A DNA stretch of 45,891 nucleotides. Origin: Flavobacteriaceae bacterium. GTDB lineage: Bacteria; Bacteroidota; Bacteroidia; Flavobacteriales; Flavobacteriaceae. Both the position numbers and the translations under genes were made by a program. Shown here in pieces: positions 18,728-29,243 of this stretch. Within the stretch, counting starts at the first letter, position 1, and the number at the start of each line of letters is the position of its first letter. Where the stretch lies: NCBI GenBank assembly GCA_022425505.1, contig JAKMFI010000069.1, positions 1 through 45,891 of the forward strand. Direction: 5' to 3'. The notes under the pieces were generated by a model, which was given only the letters and a program-made list of their open reading frames with translations, made no database searches and was not told where the DNA came from.

Positions 18728-19552
18728 CTAAGGGAATTTAGGGTATTTGTTGAAATCAGGCCGTCGTTTTTCCAAAAAAGCATTTTTACCTTCTTGCGCT
18801 TCTTCCGTTAAATAGTACAATAGCGTTGCGTCCCCAGCGAGTTGCATCAAACCGTGCTGCCCGTCTAATTCCGCATTCAAACTGCGTTTGATCATGCGAA
18901 GTGCCAAAGGACTTCGTTGTTGCATGAGCTCACACCATTCCAATGTAGCAGATTCCAAATCTTCCAGGGAAACAACGCGGTTCACCAGACCCATATCTAA
19001 TGCCTCTTGCGCGTTATACTGCTTGCATAAAAACCAAATTTCTCGTGCTTTCTTTTGCCCGACATGGCGTGCCAAATAGGACGATCCAAACCCTCCATCG
19101 AAGCTACCTACTTTTGGACCAGTCTGTCCAAAAATGGCATTTTCACTCGCAATGGTCAGATCACAAACGACATGTAAAACATGGCCACCACCAATGGCAT
19201 ACCCATTGACCATGGCGATTACCGGCTTAGGCAACTCCCGAATTCTTTTGTGTAAATCAAGTACATTCAATCGAGGTACTCCATCATCTCCGATATATCC
19301 GCCGATTCCCTTAACATTTTGATCCCCACCACTGCAAAAAGCTTTATCACCAGTGCCTGTAAAAAGAACGATGTCGATATCATCACGCTCTCTGCAAATT
19401 TCGATGGCTTCAAGCATTTGCGTATTGGTCTCGGGGCGAAATGCATTATAAACCTCTGGACGATTAATCGTAATCTTAGCAACCCCGTTGTAGATTTCAA
19501 ACAAGATATCGGAGTAGGTTTCTATGGGCTTCCAAACTGGTTTCATATTCAA
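18728..19552 (-). CDS. menB: 1,4-dihydroxy-2-naphthoyl-CoA synthase
   Basis: 274 aa crotonase fold. [22 protein letters not shown] and a C-terminal [14 protein letters not shown] are typical of MenB. Confidence 0.93.
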   Translation of the reverse strand: MNMKPVWKPIETYSDILFEIYNGVAKITINRPEVYNAFRPETNTQMLEAIEICRERDDIDIVLFTGTGDKAFCSGGDQNVKGIGGYIGDDGVPRLNVLDLHKRIRELPKPVIAMVNGYAIGGGHVLHVVCDLTIASENAIFGQTGPKVGSFDGGFGSSYLARHVGQKKAREIWFLCKQYNAQEALDMGLVNRVVSLEDLESATLEWCELMQQRSPLALRMIKRSLNAELDGQHGLMQLAGDATLLYYLTEEAQEGKNAFLEKRRPDFNKYPKFP

Positions 19553-19571
19553 TTTTTTACAAAATTAAGAC

Positions 19572-21344
19572 TTAATCTGAATGTTCACTTAAAAACTTAA
19601 AATAGGATTGTAAAACAAGGTCATTGGTAGTTGAAGGCGTTCTAATTTCCAATATTTTTCCATGTGTAGATTTTGAAAAAAATCGAACCAAAGCCAACCG
19701 CAAACCAATGCTAGTTCGTACACTTTGATAGGACAAGCCATACTGTTTTGCCATGTGTTTTGCAGTTCGCTTATGCTTAGTTTCAAAATAAGTTTCAAAG
19801 CCAGGCGTTTCTTTGGCATTTGGTAATATCCTAAAAATACCTCCTCCGCCATTATTGACGATAATCAACCTGAAATTGGCTGGAATATATTGGTTCCAGA
19901 GGGCATTTGCATCGTAAAAGAAACTCAAATCGCCTGTGATTGTCAAAGTTGGTCTGTCACTACCTACAGCTGCGCCGACCGCTGTCGAAATACTTCCCTC
20001 AATTCCACTTGTCCCTCGATTACAAAAGGATTGAGAATCTGTTGGTACAGGAAATAACTGTGCATATCGAATCGGGGAACTGTTTGCCCACTGAATCAAA
20101 TAATTTTTAGGAATTGCACGTATAATTTTATCAAAAACCAATAGATCACTGAATGGCGTGTTTGCAAGAAAACTTTTGTGTGCGATCTCTCGTTCTCGTG
20201 ACAACTGAATCCACTGATCTTGATAATTCGCTTTTGGATCAGATGAAGGAGTCAGGTCAACAAAAAAAGAATTTGGATCAATCTGAAGGTGTTGAACGCC
20301 CAAATAATAGGTGTCAAGCGGTCGATCAGTTCCGACATGATCGTGTGAGACTCCTTTGTATGATCGCATCAACGATTTTATCTTTTTCGAAACCACCATA
20401 CCCCCCATTGTGATAAGAAGGTCTGGTGCGAGTGATTGAAAAATCTCTTGACTATTTTTTTGTTTCTCTATCGGTAAAATCACCCGATCGATATGGGCAA
20501 TAAAGTTGTGGTGATGAAGATTGGAGGTGATTTCATGTAGGACGACAACCCTTGGGTCATGCGCTAAAACCGAAATGCTCTTTGCATCTAAAGCATCTGG
20601 TGAAAGCGTTCCCACCAAAACAAGTATACGTTTGGATTCATTCCACTTTGATTGAACGGATTTGAGATTTTTTGGTTGAGGGTTTTTTGGCTGTTTCACT
20701 TGCTCGACTACGAAGTCGTTTTGATCATGAAACTCGTAAAGGGGTTCTTCCAAAGGAACATTAACGTGTACTGGGCCTTGTTGAGAAAGCATCTCAGAAA
20801 GCACCTTTTGAAGATCTTTCGTGTTGCTCTTTTCGATTGCTTTTTGTTGACTCTCCACCTCTTGCGGAGATGATTGCACATTAATCAATTGCTGCGTATT
20901 GCTCTCAATAATTGCAGCTCGATTATGTGTGATGTCTTGTAAAAGCAAAGTTTCTGAAATGAGGTGTTTTGAAAACACACCAGATTGCCTGATGGTTTGA
21001 CCATTTCCAATATCGATTTGATAAGTCGGACGATCAGCGCTTAACACCACAAGTGGGTACCGACTGTAATAAGCTTCTGAAACAGCAGGATAGATGTTTA
21101 AAAGTGCAGACCCTGAAGTACACAGCACAGCAACTGGCTGATGAAGTTGTTGAGAAAGTCCGATTGCAAAAAACCCTGCAGAGCGCTCGTCAACAATGCT
21201 GTAAGTCGTAAACGCTGTATGAGTTGTTAACCCAACTGTAATCGGGGCATTTCTTGAACCAGGTGCAATAACGATATGCTGAACCCCATAATTGAGAAGT
21301 TGTTGAATTACCAAGCGAACAACGGGTATGTTTGAGAGGTTCAT
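19572..21344 (-). CDS. menD: SEPHCHC synthase (2-succinyl-5-enolpyruvyl-6-hydroxy-3-cyclohexene-1-carboxylate synthase)
   Basis: 590 aa ThDP enzyme. PGSRNAP at the N-terminus and the ThDP-binding GDLSFFYDANAL...NNGGGGIF. Confidence 0.9.
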   Translation of the reverse strand: MNLSNIPVVRLVIQQLLNYGVQHIVIAPGSRNAPITVGLTTHTAFTTYSIVDERSAGFFAIGLSQQLHQPVAVLCTSGSALLNIYPAVSEAYYSRYPLVVLSADRPTYQIDIGNGQTIRQSGVFSKHLISETLLLQDITHNRAAIIESNTQQLINVQSSPQEVESQQKAIEKSNTKDLQKVLSEMLSQQGPVHVNVPLEEPLYEFHDQNDFVVEQVKQPKNPQPKNLKSVQSKWNESKRILVLVGTLSPDALDAKSISVLAHDPRVVVLHEITSNLHHHNFIAHIDRVILPIEKQKNSQEIFQSLAPDLLITMGGMVVSKKIKSLMRSYKGVSHDHVGTDRPLDTYYLGVQHLQIDPNSFFVDLTPSSDPKANYQDQWIQLSREREIAHKSFLANTPFSDLLVFDKIIRAIPKNYLIQWANSSPIRYAQLFPVPTDSQSFCNRGTSGIEGSISTAVGAAVGSDRPTLTITGDLSFFYDANALWNQYIPANFRLIIVNNGGGGIFRILPNAKETPGFETYFETKHKRTAKHMAKQYGLSYQSVRTSIGLRLALVRFFSKSTHGKILEIRTPSTTNDLVLQSYFKFLSEHSD

Positions 21345-21370
21345 AGCAATGGCAAAGGTACAAAATGCTC

Positions 21371-22402
21371 TTATTGTTCACTAGCCAATATACGCCCCAT
21401 TGTGTTTGCCTTTTGAAGCACCTCTTGCCATTCGCCTTGTGGATCGCTTTTTTGGGTGATTCCACCCCCGACATACACTGTCGCCATATGATCTTGAATA
21501 GACATACACCGAAGATTGACAAAAAGACTTGTTTGATCAGGTGAGACAACCCCCAAAAACCCCGAATATAACGACCGATCCAATTGCTCATGACGACCTA
21601 TGTAGTCAAGTGCCATCTGTTTTGGCACTCCCCCAACGGCCGGGGTTGGGTGAAGTGCTTGAGCTGCATCAATCGGCGAAATTGACAACTCTGTCGTTAT
21701 CGTTGTCCGTAAATGCTCCAAATGACCAGCACAGATGGTTTCAGCATCAGAATATTTTATGAGTTCACTAGCCGTGTATTGCTTTAACGTGTTTCCAATT
21801 TCTCGAACAACAAACTCCTGCTCTTCCTTTTCCTTATTTCCCCATTCACTTGAGCCATAAGGTCGCGTACCCGCCAAAGCCATCGTTTGCAAACGATTAC
21901 CGCTCATTGTGATGAGTCGTTCAGGAGTTGCTCCCATCCACACCCCACAATCGGGGTGAAACAATAGGTAGTTGAAGGTGTTTGTGTACTGCGCTAGGAT
22001 CCTTTTAAAATAAGACAATGGCGAATTTACTGCACAATTGTATTGAAGGGAGGTTGCCAGCACAACTTTTTTTAGTGGTGATTCTTGAATACTGGAAAGG
22101 GCCTTGCGAATCAGGTCGGTGTGTTCTTTATGCTTATTTTCTAAATCAAGCCAATCTATTTCTTTCGGTTTAGGCGTTACAATTTCTGAGTTGTAGTTTA
22201 GATAAAGAATCTTGTGGGAATGGATCGAAAAATACATTGAAGAGTCAAAAGGGCTAACAATAAACTTTTCATTTGATTTTTCAGAAGTCCCGATATCAAG
22301 AAAAGCTATCAGATTGCTGTGGTTTGGGTGTCGAAAGACAACAAATGGCAATTTGTTGTGAAAATGGTGTTCAATATCTTCAAAAAATGATTTCGAGGTC
22401 AA
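21371..22402 (-). CDS. menF: Isochorismate synthase
   Basis: 343 aa chorismate-binding fold. HPTPAVGGVP and VYVGGGI. TTG start, 5 nt after the upstream stop. Confidence 0.85.
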   Translation of the reverse strand: MTSKSFFEDIEHHFHNKLPFVVFRHPNHSNLIAFLDIGTSEKSNEKFIVSPFDSSMYFSIHSHKILYLNYNSEIVTPKPKEIDWLDLENKHKEHTDLIRKALSSIQESPLKKVVLATSLQYNCAVNSPLSYFKRILAQYTNTFNYLLFHPDCGVWMGATPERLITMSGNRLQTMALAGTRPYGSSEWGNKEKEEQEFVVREIGNTLKQYTASELIKYSDAETICAGHLEHLRTTITTELSISPIDAAQALHPTPAVGGVPKQMALDYIGRHEQLDRSLYSGFLGVVSPDQTSLFVNLRCMSIQDHMATVYVGGGITQKSDPQGEWQEVLQKANTMGRILASEQ

Positions 22403-22407
22403 AACCG

Positions 22408-22827
22408 CTATTTTTTAATCGGAAGGGTAAGCGTGGTCAAGGAACATGTGGATACCAAATGATTTTGGTCGTCTGTAATTTCAATCGACCACACTTGCAT
22501 GGTTTTCCCCTGATGTGTAGCCATTGCCTTGGCGTGTAGAAATCCTGATCGGACACCTCTTACATGCTTAGCAGACACATCGATTCCACGCAACATATGG
22601 TCTTTTGGAAGGCAAAATATAGCAGCCGCTGAACTTCCTACAGTCTCGGCAAGGGCAGCAGTTGCTCCACCGTGAAGCACGCCATCTGGCTGGTGAACTG
22701 CTGGACTCACAGGCATACGAGCAACCAAATAGTTTTCTCCAATTTCTGTGAATTCAATCCCAAGGGTTTGCATGAGTGTCCCATGGTTTCTGTCATTGAT
22801 TTTTTTGAGAAGAGTTGATTTGTCCAT
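22408..22827 (-). CDS. PaaI/YdiI-type hotdog thioesterase; candidate 1,4-dihydroxy-2-naphthoyl-CoA hydrolase
   Basis: About 139 aa. Hotdog pattern QPDGVLHGGATAALAETVGS. It is the first gene of the men cluster. I chose the ATG at 22827 (MDKSTLL); the track's GTG start lies inside the dnaK terminator. Confidence 0.72.
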   Translation of the reverse strand: MDKSTLLKKINDRNHGTLMQTLGIEFTEIGENYLVARMPVSPAVHQPDGVLHGGATAALAETVGSSAAAIFCLPKDHMLRGIDVSAKHVRGVRSGFLHAKAMATHQGKTMQVWSIEITDDQNHLVSTCSLTTLTLPIKK

Positions 22828-22844
22828 CGTGATTGCTAAAATAC

Positions 22845-22875
22845 AAAAACGCACTGCGATTAGCAGTGCGTTTTT
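22845..22875 (-). terminator. Rho-independent terminator downstream of dnaK
   Basis: AAAAACGCACTGC-GATTA-GCAGTGCGTTTTT: a perfect 13-bp stem (including A/T ends) with a 5-nt loop, flanked by A and T runs, 29 nt past the dnaK stop. Confidence 0.7.
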
Positions 22876-22903
22876 GAATTAAGAAATTAAGATTTTAAAG
22901 AGG

Positions 22904-24808
22904 TTATTTGACTTCTTCGAAGTCAACATCCTCTACGTCTTCATCGTTGGTCTCTCCAGATTGTGCACCTTCATCTGCTTGTGGCTCTGCGGCAGCGCCC
23001 TGATCGGCTTGTGCTTTGTACATCTCTTCAGAAGCATTTTTCCATGCTTCATTGATGCTGTCTAGCGCAGGCGTAATCGCTTCTAGATCTTTGTCTTCAT
23101 ATGCTTTTTTCAAAACTTCTAAAGCGTCCTGAATCGGTTTCTTCTTGTCATCTGACAATTTATCTCCAAATTCAGTCAACTGCTTTTCAGTTTGAAAAAT
23201 CATCGCATCAGCGTTGTTTAGCGTATCCACTTGCTCTTTCGCCTTTTTGTCGGTTTCTGCATTTGCTTCGGCCTCCTTCTTCATCTTTTCGATTTCTTCC
23301 TCTGTTAATCCAGAAGAAGCTTCAATGCGAATGTCTTGAGACTTGTTTGTAGCCTTATCAAGTGCGGTGACCTGAATCAAGCCATTGGCGTCAATATCAA
23401 AGGTTACCTCAATTTGAGGTGTCCCTCTCGGAGCTGGTGGTATTCCATCCAGGTGGAATCTCCCAATGGTTTTGTTATCAGCAGCCATCGGACGCTCACC
23501 TTGTAAAACATGAATTTCTACAGAGGGCTGATTGTCAGCTGCAGTTGAAAACACTTGTGATTTTTTGGTTGGAATCGTTGTGTTTGAGTCGATCAACTTG
23601 GTTAGTACACCACCCATGGTTTCAATTCCCAATGAAAGGGGAGTTACGTCGAGCAGCAATACATCTTTGACATCTCCAGTAAGTACACCTCCCTGAATCG
23701 CAGCACCAACGGCAACAACTTCGTCGGGATTTACACCTTTAGATGGTTTTTTGCCGAAGACTTTTTCAACTTCTTCTTGAATCACGGGGATTCGAGTGGA
23801 ACCACCCACCAAAATAACTTCATCGATCTCATCAGTTGATAGCCCTGCATCTGAAAGTGCGTTCTTAACAGGCGTCATAGAGCGTTTAACCAATTCAGCC
23901 GACAACTGCTCAAATTTGGCTCTTGTCAGTGTTTGAACAAGGTGTTTTGGCCCAGATGCAGTTGCAGTTACATAGGGCAAATTGATTTCGGTTTGCGTTG
24001 ACGATGACAATTCAATTTTCGCTTTCTCAGCAGCTTCCTTCAATCGTTGAAGAGCCATTGGATCTTCTCGTAGATCAACATCCTCGGCTGATTTAAACGC
24101 CCCAGCAAGCCAATCGATAATCACCTCATCAAAGTCATCCCCACCAAGGTGAGTATCTCCATTGGTTGATAATACCTCAAAAACACCATCTCCGAGCTCA
24201 AGTACTGAAATATCGAAGGTTCCACCACCAAGATCATAGACAGCAATTTTTCTGTCACTTCCGCTTTTGTCAAGACCATAAGCCAATGCTGCCGCTGTTG
24301 GTTCATTGATGATTCTGTGAACTTTTAAGCCAGAAATTTCTCCTGCTTCTTTCGTAGCTTGACGTTGCGCATCGTTAAAATAGGCAGGAACAGTGATCAC
24401 AGCATCTGTCACTGACTGACCGAGATAGTCCTCTGCAGTTTTTTTCATTTTTTGCAAGATCATCGCAGAAAGCTCTTGCGGGGTATACAAACGACCATCG
24501 ATGTCAACACGTGGCGTGTTATTATCGCCCTTTACAACAGCGTAAGGAACTCGTTTAATTTCTTTAGATGATTCGGAAAATTTGTTCCCCATAAATCGCT
24601 TTACGGAAGAAATCGTTTTGGTTGGGTTTGTCACAGCTTGGCGTTTTGCTGGATCTCCGACCTTGATTTCGCCTCCTTCAACGAATGCAATGACAGAAGG
24701 AGTTGTTCGCTTGCCTTCTGCGTTGGGAATAACAACAGGCTCGTTCCCTTCCATCACGGAAACACAAGAATTTGTTGTTCCTAAATCTATACCGATTATT
24801 TTACTCAT
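22904..24808 (-). CDS. dnaK: Molecular chaperone DnaK (Hsp70)
   Basis: 634 aa. [18 protein letters not shown] and the full Hsp70 layout with an acidic C-terminal tail. Confidence 0.97.
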   Translation of the reverse strand: MSKIIGIDLGTTNSCVSVMEGNEPVVIPNAEGKRTTPSVIAFVEGGEIKVGDPAKRQAVTNPTKTISSVKRFMGNKFSESSKEIKRVPYAVVKGDNNTPRVDIDGRLYTPQELSAMILQKMKKTAEDYLGQSVTDAVITVPAYFNDAQRQATKEAGEISGLKVHRIINEPTAAALAYGLDKSGSDRKIAVYDLGGGTFDISVLELGDGVFEVLSTNGDTHLGGDDFDEVIIDWLAGAFKSAEDVDLREDPMALQRLKEAAEKAKIELSSSTQTEINLPYVTATASGPKHLVQTLTRAKFEQLSAELVKRSMTPVKNALSDAGLSTDEIDEVILVGGSTRIPVIQEEVEKVFGKKPSKGVNPDEVVAVGAAIQGGVLTGDVKDVLLLDVTPLSLGIETMGGVLTKLIDSNTTIPTKKSQVFSTAADNQPSVEIHVLQGERPMAADNKTIGRFHLDGIPPAPRGTPQIEVTFDIDANGLIQVTALDKATNKSQDIRIEASSGLTEEEIEKMKKEAEANAETDKKAKEQVDTLNNADAMIFQTEKQLTEFGDKLSDDKKKPIQDALEVLKKAYEDKDLEAITPALDSINEAWKNASEEMYKAQADQGAAAEPQADEGAQSGETNDEDVEDVDFEEVK

Positions 24809-24857
24809 GATTTATATTTTTTTCAACATTATTCAATGACTATGCCATGAGGGATAT

Positions 24858-24874
24858 ACTGACAGGGTGTCAGT
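24858..24874. promoter_or_regulatory. Perfect palindrome ACTGACA-GGG-TGTCAGT centred in the dnaK/panB divergent intergenic region
   Basis: 7-bp arms with a 3-nt spacer, about 50 nt from each start codon. The flanking ATGACT...AGTCAT extends the symmetry imperfectly. Function unknown. Confidence 0.3.
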
Positions 24875-24923
24875 CATCGTTTGGGTTTCAGCTATAAAAT
24901 GTATTTTTGAGCAAATTTGTGCC

Positions 24924-25742
24924 ATGTCCAAGAGCAACAAAGAATATAAACGAGTTACGACGAACAGTCTCATTGAGATGAAAGCGTCAAATGAGAAGAT
25001 TTCTATGCTAACCGCATATGATTTTTCAATGGCCAGTGTCGTCGATGCTGCAAACGTTGATGTAATCCTTGTTGGAGATTCTGCCTCCAATGTTATGTCG
25101 GGCCATGAAACAACTGTACCTATTACGTTAGATCAAATGATTTATCATGCATCAGGAGTAGTTAAGGCGAGTAAGCGCGCTCTTGTCGTTGTAGACTTAC
25201 CATTTGGTAGCTATCAATCCGACGCACAGGAGGCCCTTCGATCATCGATTCGGATCATGAAAGAGTCAGGTGCCCACGCTGTCAAGCTAGAAGGTGGCGA
25301 AGAAATTGAGCAATCGATTACCAACATTCTCAATGCTGGAATCCCAGTCATGGGTCATTTGGGTCTGACCCCGCAATCTATTTATAAATTTGGGACTTAC
25401 TCCGTAAGAGCTAAGGAAAAAGAAGAAGCTCAAAAACTTATTTCGGATGCAAAAAAGTTGGAAGAACTTGGTTGTTTTGCGATTGTTTTAGAAAAAATCC
25501 CTTCGTTATTAGCAAAACAGGTTGCTGAATCTGTGCGTATTCCCATCATTGGAATTGGAGCAGGTTCAGATGTTGATGGGCAGGTGCTCGTCGTTCATGA
25601 CCTCATTGGTTTGACCAATGCGTTTAATCCTCGTTTTTTAAGAAGGTATATGAATCTTTATGAGGATATGAAAAAAGCCATCGAAAACTATGTTTCTGAT
25701 GTCAAATCCGTTGACTTTCCGAATCAAAACGAACAATATTAA
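24924..25742 (+). CDS. panB: 3-methyl-2-oxobutanoate hydroxymethyltransferase
   Basis: [20 protein letters not shown]..., [14 protein letters not shown] and KLEGG motifs. I chose the ATG at 24924. Confidence 0.9.
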   Translation: MSKSNKEYKRVTTNSLIEMKASNEKISMLTAYDFSMASVVDAANVDVILVGDSASNVMSGHETTVPITLDQMIYHASGVVKASKRALVVVDLPFGSYQSDAQEALRSSIRIMKESGAHAVKLEGGEEIEQSITNILNAGIPVMGHLGLTPQSIYKFGTYSVRAKEKEEAQKLISDAKKLEELGCFAIVLEKIPSLLAKQVAESVRIPIIGIGAGSDVDGQVLVVHDLIGLTNAFNPRFLRRYMNLYEDMKKAIENYVSDVKSVDFPNQNEQY

Positions 25743-26417
25743 TTGTCTGATCTTTCTGTAATATACGAGGACAATCATATCTTGGTTGTCAACAAGGCAG
25801 CTGGACTGCTTGTGCAGGGCGATCAAACTGGCGATGAATCATTGGTCGATATTGCTAAGCGATACATCAAGGACAAGTACCAAAAGCCAGGTGATGTGTT
25901 TTTGGGTTTGGTCCATCGACTCGATCGCCCAACGACAGGAGTCATTGTGCTTGCGCGAACATCAAAGGCACTTACACGACTCAATCAGCAATTTAAGGAC
26001 AGAATACCCAAAAAGGTATATCGAGCCGTTGTTTCCGGAACCCCAGAATCAAGTGCAAGACTTGAGCATTATTTGAAAAAAAACAGCTCTCAGAATAAGT
26101 CTTTTCATTACACCAAAACCGCCCCAAATACAAAACATGCGATCCTCCGCTATCGCCTTTTGGAGTCATTAAAATCATACCATGTTTTAGAGATTGAACT
26201 GGAAACAGGACGCCATCATCAAATTCGCGCACAATTGGCAGCAGTGGGACTCCACATAAAGGGAGACTTAAAATATGGGGCAAAGCGACCAAATCCAAAT
26301 GGAAGTATTCATCTTCATGCCAGATCTCTACTATTTGTACATCCTACAAAGAAAGAGGAAATGAAATTTATCGCTCCCTATCCCGATGATGTGCTATGGA
26401 AGGCGTTAACGAATTAG
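25743..26417 (+). CDS. RluA-family pseudouridine synthase
   Basis: 224 aa. VIYEDNHILVVNKAAGLLV and the catalytic HRLDRPTTGVIVLAR. TTG start immediately after the panB stop. Confidence 0.85.
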   Translation: MSDLSVIYEDNHILVVNKAAGLLVQGDQTGDESLVDIAKRYIKDKYQKPGDVFLGLVHRLDRPTTGVIVLARTSKALTRLNQQFKDRIPKKVYRAVVSGTPESSARLEHYLKKNSSQNKSFHYTKTAPNTKHAILRYRLLESLKSYHVLEIELETGRHHQIRAQLAAVGLHIKGDLKYGAKRPNPNGSIHLHARSLLFVHPTKKEEMKFIAPYPDDVLWKALTN

Positions 26418-27950
26418 CGAAGATGCCTTTTCGCGTATGACCTCCCCTATCGATCGATTTTTAATCTTACTTTCTAGCCAAGATAAAATATCGAGATACA
26501 GAAAAGATCGTTTTTCATATGTGTCATTTTCAAAACGTTTTAATGAGGCGTGAAGTTGGCGAAAAGCTTGCTTGAGTTCATTTGGATAAATATCGGTTAG
26601 ACTTCTCATAAATCGTATCATTTCTTTCTGAACCGCTTGAAGCTCATCCATTTTAAGTAAAAACTTATAGGTTTGCTTGACTTGCGTCTCAAGCTCATAG
26701 TCAAGTCCTGCGTCATAATGAGCAACAACATTTAAAACTCTTGAAAAACACATCAAATCTTGATGAACTCGCAGTGATTTATCGGAAATGATAAACTGTA
26801 AATACTCGATGCATTTTTGAAGATTTCCTGCGCCAAAATAAATACAGGCGATTTTGTAATACAACACCATAATATGGTGCTGATCGAGCTGGTCAGCATG
26901 TTGGACAACTCCGTTTAACACATCTGGAATCAAAGGAATGGCCTCGTCAAAACTCCCTTCCAAAAAGTGAAAATTAATTTTGTTGTTATACCTACTCATA
27001 AATATATAGGGTGAGATATTGTGATTCTTAGGAAAGCTCGGCTGAGCTAAAGTTGCTTCAAATCTCTCCAATGCCATCTTGAATTTGGACATATACTTCA
27101 ACAAATACAAAATTTCAAATAGGTGTTGGTGACCCCGAATAAAAAAGACTGGATGTAATTCAATCATGTTAGGCGACATAAAAAAAAGTTCAACCCATTT
27201 ATTAGCAAATTTATAGGCCGACAATAAATCTTGAACCAATATGCTATACAGCAAATGGGATTTATAATACCAGAAGGACTCGGAAAATCCTGCATTGTCA
27301 AGATCAATTTCTTCGATGTGTGATTCAAAAAACGTTGTGATATCCCTGTACTCCTTATCGTTTTTCACATATCCATAATGCACATTTTTCGCATAGAGCA
27401 ACAGAGCTAAGCTCGATAGCTTTGCAGTTATTTCGTTGTGTGAAGCAATTTGTGTTGATTGGGTTGCAATCTCACTGACATAATCAAAATTCGTTTTGGA
27501 CAAGTACTGTGTTTGAACAGCTTTTTCAAATTCAATCGCTTGAAACTCGGTAGCCCTTTCGTCAAGCTTAATAGCTTGTGCTTTTACACGCTGGAGCATT
27601 TGCAAACTTTGCTCATACAAGCCCTTGTTATAAAGGATATAAACATAATCCAATTGTTCCCTAAGCTGTAATCTTTTATTGGTAGAAGATATCGACAAAC
27701 GTAAGCTGACCAAAATTTGCTTGTACAAATGACTTTTTACATTTGACAACTGCTCTCGCTTAACGATTTTTGAATTTGTGATTTTTTGCTCATCATAAAC
27801 CGACATTTTATCCAACAAATCGAAAAGAGCAATAAACTTTTTGTCAGTATTGGATTCCAATCGATTTACATAAAGTTTAAATTGTCTTTTTTCTGATTTG
27901 GAAAGAGATTTAATCAACCGAAACAGGGACTCTTTTTGGGTCTTAGGCAT
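26406..27950 (-). CDS. Uncharacterised 514-aa all-helical (TPR-like) protein
   Basis: Long clean ORF with no catalytic motif I recognise. The Lys/Glu/Leu/Tyr-rich repetitive helical character suggests a TPR-like or solenoid fold. Its 3' end overlaps the convergent rluA-family gene by 12 nt. Confidence 0.7.
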   Translation of the reverse strand: MPKTQKESLFRLIKSLSKSEKRQFKLYVNRLESNTDKKFIALFDLLDKMSVYDEQKITNSKIVKREQLSNVKSHLYKQILVSLRLSISSTNKRLQLREQLDYVYILYNKGLYEQSLQMLQRVKAQAIKLDERATEFQAIEFEKAVQTQYLSKTNFDYVSEIATQSTQIASHNEITAKLSSLALLLYAKNVHYGYVKNDKEYRDITTFFESHIEEIDLDNAGFSESFWYYKSHLLYSILVQDLLSAYKFANKWVELFFMSPNMIELHPVFFIRGHQHLFEILYLLKYMSKFKMALERFEATLAQPSFPKNHNISPYIFMSRYNNKINFHFLEGSFDEAIPLIPDVLNGVVQHADQLDQHHIMVLYYKIACIYFGAGNLQKCIEYLQFIISDKSLRVHQDLMCFSRVLNVVAHYDAGLDYELETQVKQTYKFLLKMDELQAVQKEMIRFMRSLTDIYPNELKQAFRQLHASLKRFENDTYEKRSFLYLDILSWLESKIKNRSIGEVIREKASSLIR

Positions 27951-28034
27951 AGAAAAAATTCATCAAGTCAATCGAAAACAAATTAAAATTGCGTAATTCA
28001 TAAATATACATTTTTTTGGGCCATATTTTTAAAT

Positions 28035-28042
28035 TAAATTTG
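28035..28042 (+). promoter_or_regulatory. Candidate -7 promoter box (TAAATTTG) for the leu operon
   Basis: Matches TAnnTTTG and ends 26 nt upstream of the leuA ATG. A TTTG at 28015-28018 could be the -33 element, though the 16-nt spacing is shorter than canonical. Confidence 0.35.
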
Positions 28043-28068
28043 TCTATCTTAAACGTTAGGTAAATCCT

Positions 28069-29229
28069 ATGGCGAAAGAAAAAGTCCACATTTTTGACAC
28101 AACCCTACGTGATGGTGAGCAGGTACCAGGTTGTAAGCTAAATACCGACCAAAAGCTTCATATAGCCAGTCGTCTTGATGAGCTTGGTGTCGATGTCATC
28201 GAAGCTGGATTTCCCATTTCTAGCCCTGGTGATTTTCATTCTGTAGAAGAAATATCAAAGATCGTTTCCAACGCATCGGTTTGTGGCTTGACTCGAGCAG
28301 TGCCAAAAGATATCGATGTTGCTGCTCAAGCCCTTAAATATGCAAAAAAGCCTCGAATCCATACCGGTATTGGGACTTCAGACTCGCATATCAAGCATAA
28401 GTTTAACTCCAGTCGTGAACAAATCATAGAGCGTGCAGTCGGAGCTGTTAAGCACGCCAAACAATATGTTGAGGATATTGAGTTTTATGCCGAAGATGCT
28501 GGCAGAACTGATAATGATTTTCTTGCGAAAGTTTGTGAAGAGGTCATTAAAGCTGGGGCTACCGTTCTCAACATACCAGATACAACTGGCTACTGTTTGC
28601 CTGAAGGTTATGGTGCGAAAATCAAGTACTTGGTCGATAATGTCAAAGGCATCGAAAAAGCGATTATTTCATGCCATTGCCACAATGATTTAGGTTTAGC
28701 TACCGCAAATTCAATTGCAGGTGCTGTCAATGGTGCCCGCCAAATTGAATGTACAATTAATGGAATTGGTGAACGTGCTGGAAACACCTCACTAGAGGAA
28801 GTTGTGATGATTATGCGTCAGCATCCTCATCTTCAGCTGGACACAAATATCAACACCAAGCTCTTGTATGACACTTCTCAAATGGTTTCTGAATCCATGG
28901 GAATGAGTGTACAGGCCAATAAGGCAATCGTTGGGGCAAACGCTTTTGCGCATAGTTCTGGAATTCATCAGGATGGTGTCATAAAAAATAGAGAGACCTA
29001 CGAAATCATAGACCCTCATGATGTTGGTGTTGAAACCTCTGCAATTGTTTTGACCGCTCGTAGTGGTCGCGCAGCACTTGCATATCGAGCTAAAAATATT
29101 GGAATCGAACTCACGAAACTCCAACTGGATAAAGTTTACAAACAATTTTTGAAATTTGCAGATACGCATAAAGAAATCAACGACGATGATATTCCTGGAA
29201 TTGTTGATCTTGCGAATCTAAATGTATAG
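28069..29229 (+). CDS. leuA: 2-isopropylmalate synthase, short form without the C-terminal regulatory domain
   Basis: [10 protein letters not shown] and [12 protein letters not shown]. It is 386 aa, against about 520 aa for the feedback-regulated forms. Followed by leuCDB. Confidence 0.85.
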   Translation: MAKEKVHIFDTTLRDGEQVPGCKLNTDQKLHIASRLDELGVDVIEAGFPISSPGDFHSVEEISKIVSNASVCGLTRAVPKDIDVAAQALKYAKKPRIHTGIGTSDSHIKHKFNSSREQIIERAVGAVKHAKQYVEDIEFYAEDAGRTDNDFLAKVCEEVIKAGATVLNIPDTTGYCLPEGYGAKIKYLVDNVKGIEKAIISCHCHNDLGLATANSIAGAVNGARQIECTINGIGERAGNTSLEEVVMIMRQHPHLQLDTNINTKLLYDTSQMVSESMGMSVQANKAIVGANAFAHSSGIHQDGVIKNRETYEIIDPHDVGVETSAIVLTARSGRAALAYRAKNIGIELTKLQLDKVYKQFLKFADTHKEINDDDIPGIVDLANLNV

Positions 29230-29243
29230 GAAAACAACAAACA

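Noticed and set aside
21190-21591. A 133-aa minus-strand ORF spanning the menF/menD junction.
   Set aside because: It is out of frame with both strongly supported genes on the same strand and shows no recognisable features.
24809-24923. A CIRCE (TTAGCACTC-N9-GAGTGCTAA) heat-shock operator upstream of dnaK; I also checked 38478..38651 upstream of lon.
   Set aside because: No match is visible in either region. Only the unrelated 7-3-7 palindrome is present upstream of dnaK.
24833-25090. An 85-aa minus-strand ORF, and the 24867 start for panB.
   Set aside because: The minus ORF is antisense to the panB 5' end. PanB homology starts at the ATG at 24924, and the upstream part crosses the intergenic palindrome.
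27951-28068. A leucine leader peptide, T-box or attenuator upstream of leuA.
   Set aside because: The 118-nt region has no Leu-codon-rich mini-ORF and no stable alternative hairpins.
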